A program made the position numbers and the translations under genes. From Candidatus Komeilibacteria bacterium CG11_big_fil_rev_8_21_14_0_20_36_20 (GTDB lineage: Bacteria; Patescibacteriota; Patescibacteriia; UBA1558; GWA2-36-10): a stretch of DNA of 64,000 bases. Location: NCBI GenBank assembly GCA_002787405.1, contig PCWQ01000007.1:31296-95295 (forward strand), in the 5' to 3' direction. The notes below the pieces were generated by a model, which did no database searches, was not told the DNA's origin, and was given only the letters and a program-made list of their open reading frames with translations. Positions 10,269 to 18,915 of the stretch are shown here, one piece after another. Each line of letters begins with the position of its first letter. Within the stretch, counting starts at the first letter, position 1.

Positions 10269-11090
10269 CTAAATCCTGGACCGCATAAGCAAGATCAACA
10301 TATTTCTTATCAAAATTTTCTCTTTTTTTTCTTCTAAAATATCAATTGCAAATGTAGCTTTAATATAATTGAATCTATCTTTCCAAGACGATGCTAATTT
10401 CTTGTGTCTTATTTGATAACCACTTCTTCTAAGTTTCATTATTTTTTTATCAAATAACTTTTTTATTTTTTTATCATAATTTCCATAAGCAGATAGTCCC
10501 ATAGTTTGACCTTCACCACTTATTGGTTTAAAACCTAGGAATCCTGTTATATCGGTATATATTTCTCCAATCGAATTAGGCCAATCAAATACTTTAATTT
10601 CTTTGAGCTTACCCTCCACTCCTTTAAAAATAACGGAAGATTCTTTTTCGCCAGCTCCATCTACTGTAATAACCAATGATTCATCAAACCCACTCAAATA
10701 GTAAGCTGATGCGGCGTGTGATAAGTGATGATTATAAAATGTAATTGGTGGCATTTTTAAATTACCAAATTTTAATTTAAGTTGATCATATATAATATCT
10801 TTTGCCTCTAATATCACCTCGCTATGTTTTAATCCTTTTTGTTTTACAAAAGGCCATTGTGTGGGTTCAAAAGGAATGGTGATATAATCTATATCAGATA
10901 AAGTTAAATTATTCATATTAAGTGTTATACTAATAGCATTAATAGGAAATTGTCCTTCTGCGTGCTTAACCCTAGTAAATCTTTCCTCTTCTAAAATTGA
11001 TATAATTTTGTTATCTTCCAATAAAATTACCGCCCCATCGTGAGTTCCAAAATAAGGTGGTATGCTTGGTTTAAAAGATAAAATTTTCAT
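10269..11090 (-). CDS. carbamoyltransferase (NodU/CmcH family), N-terminal part of a gene split by a frameshift
   Basis: The N-terminus reads MKILSFKPSIPPYFGTHDGAVILLEDNKIISILEEERFTRVKH, as in the carbamoyltransferase N-terminal domain. With 9286..10254 the total is about 595 aa, a normal size for the family. Confidence 0.75.
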   Translation of the reverse strand: MKILSFKPSIPPYFGTHDGAVILLEDNKIISILEEERFTRVKHAEGQFPINAISITLNMNNLTLSDIDYITIPFEPTQWPFVKQKGLKHSEVILEAKDIIYDQLKLKFGNLKMPPITFYNHHLSHAASAYYLSGFDESLVITVDGAGEKESSVIFKGVEGKLKEIKVFDWPNSIGEIYTDITGFLGFKPISGEGQTMGLSAYGNYDKKIKKLFDKKIMKLRRSGYQIRHKKLASSWKDRFNYIKATFAIDILEEKKEKILIRNMLILLMRSRI

Positions 11091-11106
11091 AATGTTATTT
11101 TAAATT

Positions 11107-11948
11107 ATTAAAATTTATTATATATTTTTTTCTTTCTGCAATAACCATAAAAGTATAGCTTTTTGTATATGTAATCTATTTTCAGATTGATTAAAAATAA
11201 TAGAATTATCGTGATTAATTGCATCACGAGAAATTTCATATCCTATTAACTTTACCATCAGTAAAAAATTCCATATTCATCCAAGTATCTGTATGTATAT
11301 AATTAACATCTTTTAATGCCTCTTGTAAATCTAGTGTTCTAATAACTAACCCAGTTGATTCAGCTTGTTTATTAAGCTTTGCATCAATGCTGCTTTTATC
11401 TGCTTTAGGGGAAACAATTATAAATTGAATGCCTAATTTTACACAGGCTAACATTAAAGTATTTGATACATTATTTTCAATCCCTAACCAAGCTACTCTT
11501 TTAATTTTATCTACCCCTTGGAATGCTCTGCCATAGTTAATATATCACTCAAGGCTTGGGAAGGATGATATTTTTCACTACATCCATCAATAACTGGAAT
11601 TTGATTATGCTTAGCAGCACTCAAGATATCATCTGTATTCACGGCACGAAACATTAAAATATCGCCAAAATTCATCATTGATTTTATTTCATCATTGAAA
11701 TCTGTTATAGAAAACTGAGTTGTTCGTATATCTATAAAAATAGCGTGACCACCTAGTTCGGTCATGGCTGTCTCATAAGACAATCGAGTTCTTGTAGATG
11801 TTTTTTGAAATAACATGAGTAAGGTTTGATTATGTAAATAATCTGGCAAATAATTTTTCTTTCTTTGCTTTTTTAATTTTTGTGCTAAAGTTAATATAGA
11901 TAAAATATCTTCCTTGCTTTGCTCTTTAAGAGAAATTAAATGTCTCAT
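11107..11948 (-). pseudogene. ornithine/aspartate carbamoyltransferase-like gene disrupted by at least two frameshifts
   Basis: STRTR and HPSQ motifs are found in ORF 11511..11948. The polypeptide continues in other frames (KIKRVAWLGIENNVSNT...VSP, then ISRDAINHDNSIIFNQSENRLHIQKAILLWLL). The HCLP active-site motif is replaced by EFFT. Confidence 0.65.
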
Positions 11949-11980
11949 AATCCTTTAAAGTTATTAAAATTGTTGATTGA

Positions 11981-12976
11981 TTATCGTGCCCCTTTTATAG
12001 CAATCACCACCATATGAGATGATAAACCATTATCTGCTAACCACTTCTGAAAAGAATCTGAGTATTTTTCCCATTCATCAATTAAGACCCGCTTGAAAAA
12101 TGCTTGTTTATCAAGTGAAATAACCCCCTCTCTTACTTTGTTTCTAACTAACTCAGCATCTAATTTACCAGGAGTTTTAATCTCCAAAACTTCAAAACCG
12201 TTGGTTTCTAATAATAAAGAAATGGATTCTGGATGAAAATAATTCAAATGATCTGGAGCAGTTGTATTATCAGAATGCTCTCCTAAAACTAATAAATCAA
12301 AACCTTTAATATTTGGGGTTGTTAAAAATAATAATCCACCGTCATTTAATTTATCTGATATGCTCTTAAGATACTCAATTGGATTAAACACATGCTCTAT
12401 GGACTCAATACTTGTCGCCACATTAACTTTATTAATATTCACATTTTCAATAAAACCCTCTACGACCTGCAAACCTTTCTGACGACAAGACTCTGCTGGA
12501 CTTGGGTCTGGCTCAACAGCAATTACTTGTTTAAATTTTCCTGTCTTTTTTATCTGCTCACAAAAAGTGCCACAACCAGCCCCAACATCCATGAATGATT
12601 CAGTAGGAATTTTATATTTTTCACAAAATTTAATAATTTCCTTCACCCGTGGCATAATAATATGCTTTATTCTAGCTGCCTCTGATTGAGGATAAACGTT
12701 TTCGTTCCAAAATTTTTCAGCTAAAGAAGTTTTATAATGTTCAAAGACTATTTGCTGCGTCGGTCGAGGATTTACAAAAACTGTTTCGCAAATATTACAT
12801 TGTACAAAAATAAAGCCGTCTCTTTTATAAAAAAAATTGTACTCTTTCTTGCCACAGGCAGGACAATTTATCTCTACAAATTGATCTTTCTTTGACAATA
12901 CCCTATCCTGATCTAATTTGTATAATCTCCTACCCTCGGCACGAAAATTATCCGCCCTGATATCATTTTCCTTCAT
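11981..12976 (-). CDS. SAM-dependent methyltransferase with an N-terminal Cys4 zinc ribbon (sugar C- or O-methyltransferase-like)
   Basis: A zinc-ribbon-like CPACG...CNIC is followed by the MTase motif DVGAGCGTFCEQI. 331 aa. Confidence 0.65.
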   Translation of the reverse strand: MKENDIRADNFRAEGRRLYKLDQDRVLSKKDQFVEINCPACGKKEYNFFYKRDGFIFVQCNICETVFVNPRPTQQIVFEHYKTSLAEKFWNENVYPQSEAARIKHIIMPRVKEIIKFCEKYKIPTESFMDVGAGCGTFCEQIKKTGKFKQVIAVEPDPSPAESCRQKGLQVVEGFIENVNINKVNVATSIESIEHVFNPIEYLKSISDKLNDGGLLFLTTPNIKGFDLLVLGEHSDNTTAPDHLNYFHPESISLLLETNGFEVLEIKTPGKLDAELVRNKVREGVISLDKQAFFKRVLIDEWEKYSDSFQKWLADNGLSSHMVVIAIKGAR

Positions 12977-13001
12977 TACTAATAAATTAATATTTATCGA
13001 G

Positions 13002-14105
13002 CTATTTGATTGGATCTTTCAATATCCACTCCCCTATTTTATTCTTTTTCCACATTGGTCCCCTAAATTTTTCAGCTACATTCCAGAATTTATCTAAAGT
13101 GATACCGATATAATCACAAAACTGTTTGATAAATTTCACGCCACATTTACCATCATATTCCCTAACGAGTTTGACGCCCTCTTCTCTGGTTATTCTACCA
13201 GCCCAGATATCAGCGCAAGCTTCATCGGTGGCAAAACCATAACCAAGTTTCATATGTTTTAACATCTGATTCATAATTCCCGTATCATCATCAAGGGCGT
13301 GATATTTTGTATAACGTCCCAACTCCAAAGCATCATCGGTTCTAATATGTAGACCTCTATTAATGGCAAACATTGCATGCTCATGTGGCGACCATCTCTT
13401 ATAATAGCCAAGATATATCATTTTGACTCCTGATTGTCTTATCTCCTCTTGAGATGGATAATGATAAGGGATTAGATCTTTAGCTGTCACACCATCACAA
13501 AGAAGATGGGATGAGTCACCCGAAAAACCTAAAGTATTTTGTTCATTAATTCTTGATGCATCACCACCATTTTTGTCTTCAGTGTCATCATCTAAAGTCG
13601 TAGTTTCAATATCAAAAATAACTAAGGGAACTTTATACATAATAGCTGCTCTCACCGGCGTTGCATATAAAGCATATTCCGAAGGCTTAACAGGGTTCCC
13701 CCAAGTATAAAAAGCCATTTTAGCCACTTTTTGACAGACCTTAGGATTAGGTCTAAACATAAAACAATCAAAGCCCATTTTTTGTAAATTATTGATATTA
13801 TGTCTGCCTATTTCAGTGATACCGTCAGGAACCATGTTGGCCAGCAGAACATTAAGACCAAGTACATCTCTGGCATAAAGCGCCATATAAGTACTGTCTT
13901 TGCCACCACTCACTCCAACCACACAATCATATTGAGCCCCTTTGTTTTTAGCTTCCTGAGCTATGTCTATAAGCTGTTTCCTCCTTCCCTCCCAGTCTAT
14001 CTTATCCAAGGATTCATAATAACGACAAAAGTTACAAACACCCCTGTCATCGAAATTTATACCTGGCCTTGTTTCAGGTACAACACATTTTGTACAATAC
14101 CTCAT
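13002..14105 (-). CDS. N-acetyl sugar amidotransferase (WbpG/PseA-like PP-loop ATP pyrophosphatase)
   Basis: An N-terminal Cys-rich region (MRYCTKCVVPETRPGINFDDRGVCNFC) and the PP-loop VVGVSGGKDSTYMALYA fit the WbpG/PseA family. Confidence 0.75.
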   Translation of the reverse strand: MRYCTKCVVPETRPGINFDDRGVCNFCRYYESLDKIDWEGRRKQLIDIAQEAKNKGAQYDCVVGVSGGKDSTYMALYARDVLGLNVLLANMVPDGITEIGRHNINNLQKMGFDCFMFRPNPKVCQKVAKMAFYTWGNPVKPSEYALYATPVRAAIMYKVPLVIFDIETTTLDDDTEDKNGGDASRINEQNTLGFSGDSSHLLCDGVTAKDLIPYHYPSQEEIRQSGVKMIYLGYYKRWSPHEHAMFAINRGLHIRTDDALELGRYTKYHALDDDTGIMNQMLKHMKLGYGFATDEACADIWAGRITREEGVKLVREYDGKCGVKFIKQFCDYIGITLDKFWNVAEKFRGPMWKKNKIGEWILKDPIK

Positions 14106-14130
14106 AATTTTATTATTAGTTTATTAATAA

Positions 14131-14985
14131 TTATCTTGATGTTAATTTTCTTTTTTTGAAAAATAAAGCTGTTTTTAACCAACTATAATATCTTAAATAT
14201 GTTATTAATATTAAAAATGGAAGAATGGCGATATCTTTAACAAAACCCGAACTTTTAAATGGTGTAATAAAATCGGTCATAAATGGATGACAATAAGATT
14301 TTAATTTTCTACTAATGCTCCAATTCTTAGCGTATTTCTTATAAAATAAACAGTCGCCACGACCATAACGAATCCAACGATCTATAATTGCTCCTATTGA
14401 AGCAAAACCCTTTTCATAACAAATAGCCTCAGAAATGGCAAATTTATGACCATCTTTAGCCATTCTAGTACAAAGATCTGTATCATCACTATTAGTCATA
14501 AAAGTATCATATCTATACTTTTTTAATACCTCTCTTAGAAAGAGAGTTGGCGTGCCAACTACATTCTTATAACCCGGCTTATATTTTTCTCTGTAAATAT
14601 TCTGAGCCCAACCAAGATAAGAATCTGTTTCACTTAACATTGTTATAGCAGAAACTATCGCACACTTATACTTCTCTAGATACTCTATCATCTTTATTAA
14701 AGATCCCTGGGGCATTATATTGTCAGCGCCAACAAAAACGATGTATTTACATTCGGCTGCATCTAATCCTATGTTTCGTGCATTGCCAAGCCCTTTTCGG
14801 CTATCATTAACAATTTTATCTACAAAAGGTCTGGCTATCTCTGTTGTTTTATCAGTTGAACCAGCGTCGACTAAAATTATTTCTTTAGGATTATTTTCTT
14901 TAACCGAGCTTAAGCATCCTTCTATTATCTCCTCACAATTATACGAACAAACAACCACCGATAGATCTAATAATTCATCTTCCAT
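14131..14985 (-). CDS. family 2 glycosyltransferase
   Basis: A GT-A signature reads LSVVVCSYNCEEII...ILVDAGSTDKT. 284 aa. Confidence 0.75.
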   Translation of the reverse strand: MEDELLDLSVVVCSYNCEEIIEGCLSSVKENNPKEIILVDAGSTDKTTEIARPFVDKIVNDSRKGLGNARNIGLDAAECKYIVFVGADNIMPQGSLIKMIEYLEKYKCAIVSAITMLSETDSYLGWAQNIYREKYKPGYKNVVGTPTLFLREVLKKYRYDTFMTNSDDTDLCTRMAKDGHKFAISEAICYEKGFASIGAIIDRWIRYGRGDCLFYKKYAKNWSISRKLKSYCHPFMTDFITPFKSSGFVKDIAILPFLILITYLRYYSWLKTALFFKKRKLTSR

Positions 14986-14986
14986 A

Positions 14987-16417
14987 TTATCTTTTCATGA
15001 CTAATTTTAAATAATGCATAATATAAATAAAGCTATCTTTAGTGTTTTTCACTTCATATTTTAAATTCCTTCTAATAGATGGCACGTCTTTGATTATTAA
15101 AAAAATTCTATTTGGCGGCAATTTAATCAATAAATTTACTAGCCATTTCAAATTCGGGAAACGAATTAAAAGATAACATAATTTATCTAAATTTATTAAT
15201 TGTCTTATATTATCCTGTTTTATAAGCGAATTATTGCTATCGGCGGTTGAACCAGCATTTTTGTAGGTAATTATATCTTTAAGATAATTATTATCAAGGC
15301 AATAATTCCCTATCTGAGTTTTAGGATAAGGTACCAAGACATTAGAGTTAATATCATCTAAATCAAGCTGCCTACATAAATTTATAGTCTCATAAGCATT
15401 ATCCATAGTTTCTCCTGGCCAGCCAAATATAATATCTGCGCCTATTCTAATTTGATATTTTTTTAACAGTTGACAAGCTGCTATTATTTGCTTATTGCTC
15501 ATGTTACGATTTAATAGCTCTTTTCTTAAAGTTTCATTGCCAGTTTGGATACCAATAACAAGCTTATCGCAACCAGCTTTTTTTAAAAGAGCAATATATT
15601 CTTCACTAATATCTTCAACTCTGGCATAAATTATAAATCCTGGCAATTTTTTTTCTATGTACAATTTCAAAAACTCTCTTACTTGTTCTAATTTTACATT
15701 AAAAGTTGCATCTTGAAACCTAGCCCATTTCAAACCATATTTATCTTTAACATATAATAGCTCCGCTATGAGCTTTTGAGGCGAATATAAGCGAAAATGA
15801 GTCCCGCCTCCATCCCTATAAAATTGATTTATCCAATTAGTATAGCAATAGGAACATCGAAAAGGGCAACCTCGTGATAAAATGAACGGTTTTGTCTCTA
15901 ACTTTCTTAATTTCTCATATTTCTTAAAATAAATATCTCTATCAAAAGAAGGTAAATGTTCTATATTATTAACATATGCTATGGCTGTATTTTTTTCCAC
16001 TTGTCCATTTTTCTTAAACCAAATTCCTGGAATATTGAAAAAATTTTCTTTCTTGTCTAGTCGATTTAAAATTTCTAGACAAGCTAACTCGCCGTCACCC
16101 ACACACATTAAATCTATACAATCCTCATTAACTATTTCCGGAAAAACTAAAGTAAATGCCCCGCCAATTAAAGTTAAAATATCTTTATTTATCTTCTTTA
16201 TCTCTCTCAAAATTGCAAGAACATCTTCCTGCTCTCCGATACATAAACTACAAGCAACTATATCGGGCTTAAAATTCATTACTGATTCGTAAAAACTATC
16301 TTCTTCCTCTAAACAAAAAACATCAACTACATGACCATGCTCCTTCAAAACTGAAGATATGGCCATGACGCCTAAATTTTCTAACAAGATATGCTGAAGA
16401 AAAGCAATTCTGGCCAT
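14987..16417 (-). CDS. cobalamin-binding radical SAM enzyme (class B radical SAM)
   Basis: An N-terminal B12-binding-like domain precedes the radical SAM motif CPFRCSYCY. The start codon overlaps the stop of the upstream paralog. Confidence 0.8.
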   Translation of the reverse strand: MARIAFLQHILLENLGVMAISSVLKEHGHVVDVFCLEEEDSFYESVMNFKPDIVACSLCIGEQEDVLAILREIKKINKDILTLIGGAFTLVFPEIVNEDCIDLMCVGDGELACLEILNRLDKKENFFNIPGIWFKKNGQVEKNTAIAYVNNIEHLPSFDRDIYFKKYEKLRKLETKPFILSRGCPFRCSYCYTNWINQFYRDGGGTHFRLYSPQKLIAELLYVKDKYGLKWARFQDATFNVKLEQVREFLKLYIEKKLPGFIIYARVEDISEEYIALLKKAGCDKLVIGIQTGNETLRKELLNRNMSNKQIIAACQLLKKYQIRIGADIIFGWPGETMDNAYETINLCRQLDLDDINSNVLVPYPKTQIGNYCLDNNYLKDIITYKNAGSTADSNNSLIKQDNIRQLINLDKLCYLLIRFPNLKWLVNLLIKLPPNRIFLIIKDVPSIRRNLKYEVKNTKDSFIYIMHYLKLVMKR

Positions 16418-18150
16418 TAAAGAGCCCCCCCTTCCAACAAATTCAATTCCTTGTTTATATCAATTTTAAAATGCTTAAAATAACTTCTAGAAGTCTCACT
16501 TGTCTTTAATATATCTTGAGCTTTATGCCAATTATCTTTAACCTTTAATAAATCCCCTTTGATTTCATACGCTTTGCCGAGAACATAATAAGCAATCGCA
16601 TGATCTGGTGCTAATTCAATCACTCCTTTAAAATCTCTAATTGCCTGATCTACTCTATCAGAATTTAAATTTCTGGAATTTATAAAATTGACCTCGAGAT
16701 TGGCTAAATAATTTTTTTCCAAAATATATTCTTTAGAAAAATTTGGCCAATCTACATTACTTGTAACCAAGGGATACCCATATCTTATACTATCAGCCAC
16801 AATATATCCTTTCTGGAGACACTCTTCAAATATTCTTGACCCAGGAATTGCTTGATAATTCCTAATTAAAGCCCAATCTAGATCTAAAGATCGAGCAAAC
16901 TCCAAAGTTTCTTCAACTTCTTTTTTAGTTTCAAAATGAAAACCCGAAATAAAAAAACCAATAATATAACCCTTGCCTAATTTTCTTATTCTTCTAACAA
17001 CATTTTTTGATATCTCTAAATTTAACACTTTGCCAATTTCTTTAAGTGTTTTCTGGCTGCCAGATTCAAAAGCAAGATTAAAGATAGCTATGCCACTATC
17101 ATACATCTTTTTTATTATTTCTTCATCTAGAAAATTTACACCTAAACCTCCTCCAACTCCCCAGCGAATATTCAAACCTCTTTTGATTATTTCATCCATA
17201 ATAGCCACAGCTTTTTTGGTGCTAACTGTAAAATTATCATCATTAAAAACTATTGCATTAACACCATATTCCTTAATAAGTAATTCTATCTCATCTACCA
17301 CATTTTTGGAATTACGATAACGTATTGATCTACCCCAAATGTGTTTTGCTGAACAAAAAGAACAAGAATATGGACAGCCTCGAGAAGCAGTCATAATGCC
17401 TATTTTAGCATTGTTACGACCTAAAACACGAAAGAGAAAATTTCTGCTTAAATTTCCATATTCTGAAAAATCATTGGGCATAATATAGTCATCCGGCGAT
17501 ATGTTAGTTCTGTCAGGAAAAGGCAACTCGTCTAAATTTTTGATTAAAAATTTATTTTCTTTAAATATAATATTTTTATCATCTCTATAAGCTATTCCAT
17601 GCAAATTTTCTACTCCTTTTTCTTTATTTAAAAAAAGAATTAAATCCATAAAACAAATCTCACCTTCTCCAATTATTGCATAATCTATATTATTATCTTT
17701 TAAAGCATCTGAATAAGAAATTGTAGGATAACTGCCGCCTATGACAGTGATTATGTCTGGTGATATTTTCTTTATAAGTGTACATGTTTGATGAACAATA
17801 TGTGATGTAGAATGAAACAAAGAACTCACTCCTATAATATCTGGGGAAACTTCTTCTATTTTATCTTTTAATAAACCCCAAGCTGCAGACATATCAACCT
17901 TCCCCTTAGAAATAAAATGCTTCATAGCCATTAAATTAGCATCAAAAATTTCAATCTCTACATCATTAATCTTACTTTGCAGATAAGAAGAAATATAACC
18001 AAGACCCAGTGGTGACTCTGCAAACTGACCACCAGATATTACCGTCTCGTAATTATAAGAATTGGTCTCTATAATAAATGGATTTATTAATAAAATTTTC
18101 TTGACTCTAGGCATAATTTTTATATAGTTTTTTTGATTTCCAGACAGCAT
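16417..18150 (-). CDS. cobalamin-binding radical SAM enzyme with a C-terminal TPR-like extension
   Basis: A B12-binding-like N-terminal domain precedes CPYSCSFCS. The C-terminal roughly 100 aa are TPR-like. Confidence 0.8.
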   Translation of the reverse strand: MLSGNQKNYIKIMPRVKKILLINPFIIETNSYNYETVISGGQFAESPLGLGYISSYLQSKINDVEIEIFDANLMAMKHFISKGKVDMSAAWGLLKDKIEEVSPDIIGVSSLFHSTSHIVHQTCTLIKKISPDIITVIGGSYPTISYSDALKDNNIDYAIIGEGEICFMDLILFLNKEKGVENLHGIAYRDDKNIIFKENKFLIKNLDELPFPDRTNISPDDYIMPNDFSEYGNLSRNFLFRVLGRNNAKIGIMTASRGCPYSCSFCSAKHIWGRSIRYRNSKNVVDEIELLIKEYGVNAIVFNDDNFTVSTKKAVAIMDEIIKRGLNIRWGVGGGLGVNFLDEEIIKKMYDSGIAIFNLAFESGSQKTLKEIGKVLNLEISKNVVRRIRKLGKGYIIGFFISGFHFETKKEVEETLEFARSLDLDWALIRNYQAIPGSRIFEECLQKGYIVADSIRYGYPLVTSNVDWPNFSKEYILEKNYLANLEVNFINSRNLNSDRVDQAIRDFKGVIELAPDHAIAYYVLGKAYEIKGDLLKVKDNWHKAQDILKTSETSRSYFKHFKIDINKELNLLEGGAL

Positions 18151-18914
18151 ACAGATAGTTGTTGGGGAATTGAATCAGATGATGTTCCATCATTCCATCC
18201 ATAATTATTATCATAAACAAAAATCTTTTTTTCTTCAATTTTAATATTAGGAAAATCTAACAATTTGTTTAAACGTTTATTGTCATATCGCAGCTCCAAA
18301 GCATACAACCCTAAACTATCTTTTTCAGTAATTATTTTTTCTCCTCCAAAAGGAACTGTTAATAATAGTTTGCCTCCTGGTTTTAAAACTCTAATCATTT
18401 CTTTCATTACCTTAAAATCTTCAGTCCATGTTTCAAGAGATGGAAAAAAATCAGGTAAATCTTTAGAACGATCAAATGAAGACCTCCCTCCCGCTAAATT
18501 AACCTTATCAAAGCCAATATGCTCAATGGTGGATATGCACATAATTTGGTTAAAAAAATTATCCGGATATGGTATATTGCGGGCATCAGCTTTTTGAAAT
18601 TTAATCTTTTCTTTCAACAAATCTGTCTCTACAAAATCTGCAAATCTTTTATAATTGAATGGAATAATATCTATAGAATAAAAATCTTCAGTGGAAAGTA
18701 TGAGTGATTCAAAAAAAACTTTAAAATATTTCCGATCAAAAAATGTTGTACTTAGATCTAATACTTTTTCATGTTTATCTTTTAAAACCCGTAAAATAAC
18801 CCAAGGAATTTCCACGCAACGCATTGATTTTTCCATTAACAAACTACTAAATCCCTGCTCACCGTGGCCAATATCATTTTTTTTATCTTGAAGGAATTTT
18901 TTTATTTCTTCCAT
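18120..18914 (-). CDS. class I SAM-dependent methyltransferase
   Basis: Methyltransf_11-like motifs are present (IPYPDNFFNQIMCISTIEHI and LKPGGKLLLTVPFG). Confidence 0.55.
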   Translation of the reverse strand: MEEIKKFLQDKKNDIGHGEQGFSSLLMEKSMRCVEIPWVILRVLKDKHEKVLDLSTTFFDRKYFKVFFESLILSTEDFYSIDIIPFNYKRFADFVETDLLKEKIKFQKADARNIPYPDNFFNQIMCISTIEHIGFDKVNLAGGRSSFDRSKDLPDFFPSLETWTEDFKVMKEMIRVLKPGGKLLLTVPFGGEKIITEKDSLGLYALELRYDNKRLNKLLDFPNIKIEEKKIFVYDNNYGWNDGTSSDSIPQQLSVCCLEIKKTI

Positions 18915-18915
18915 A

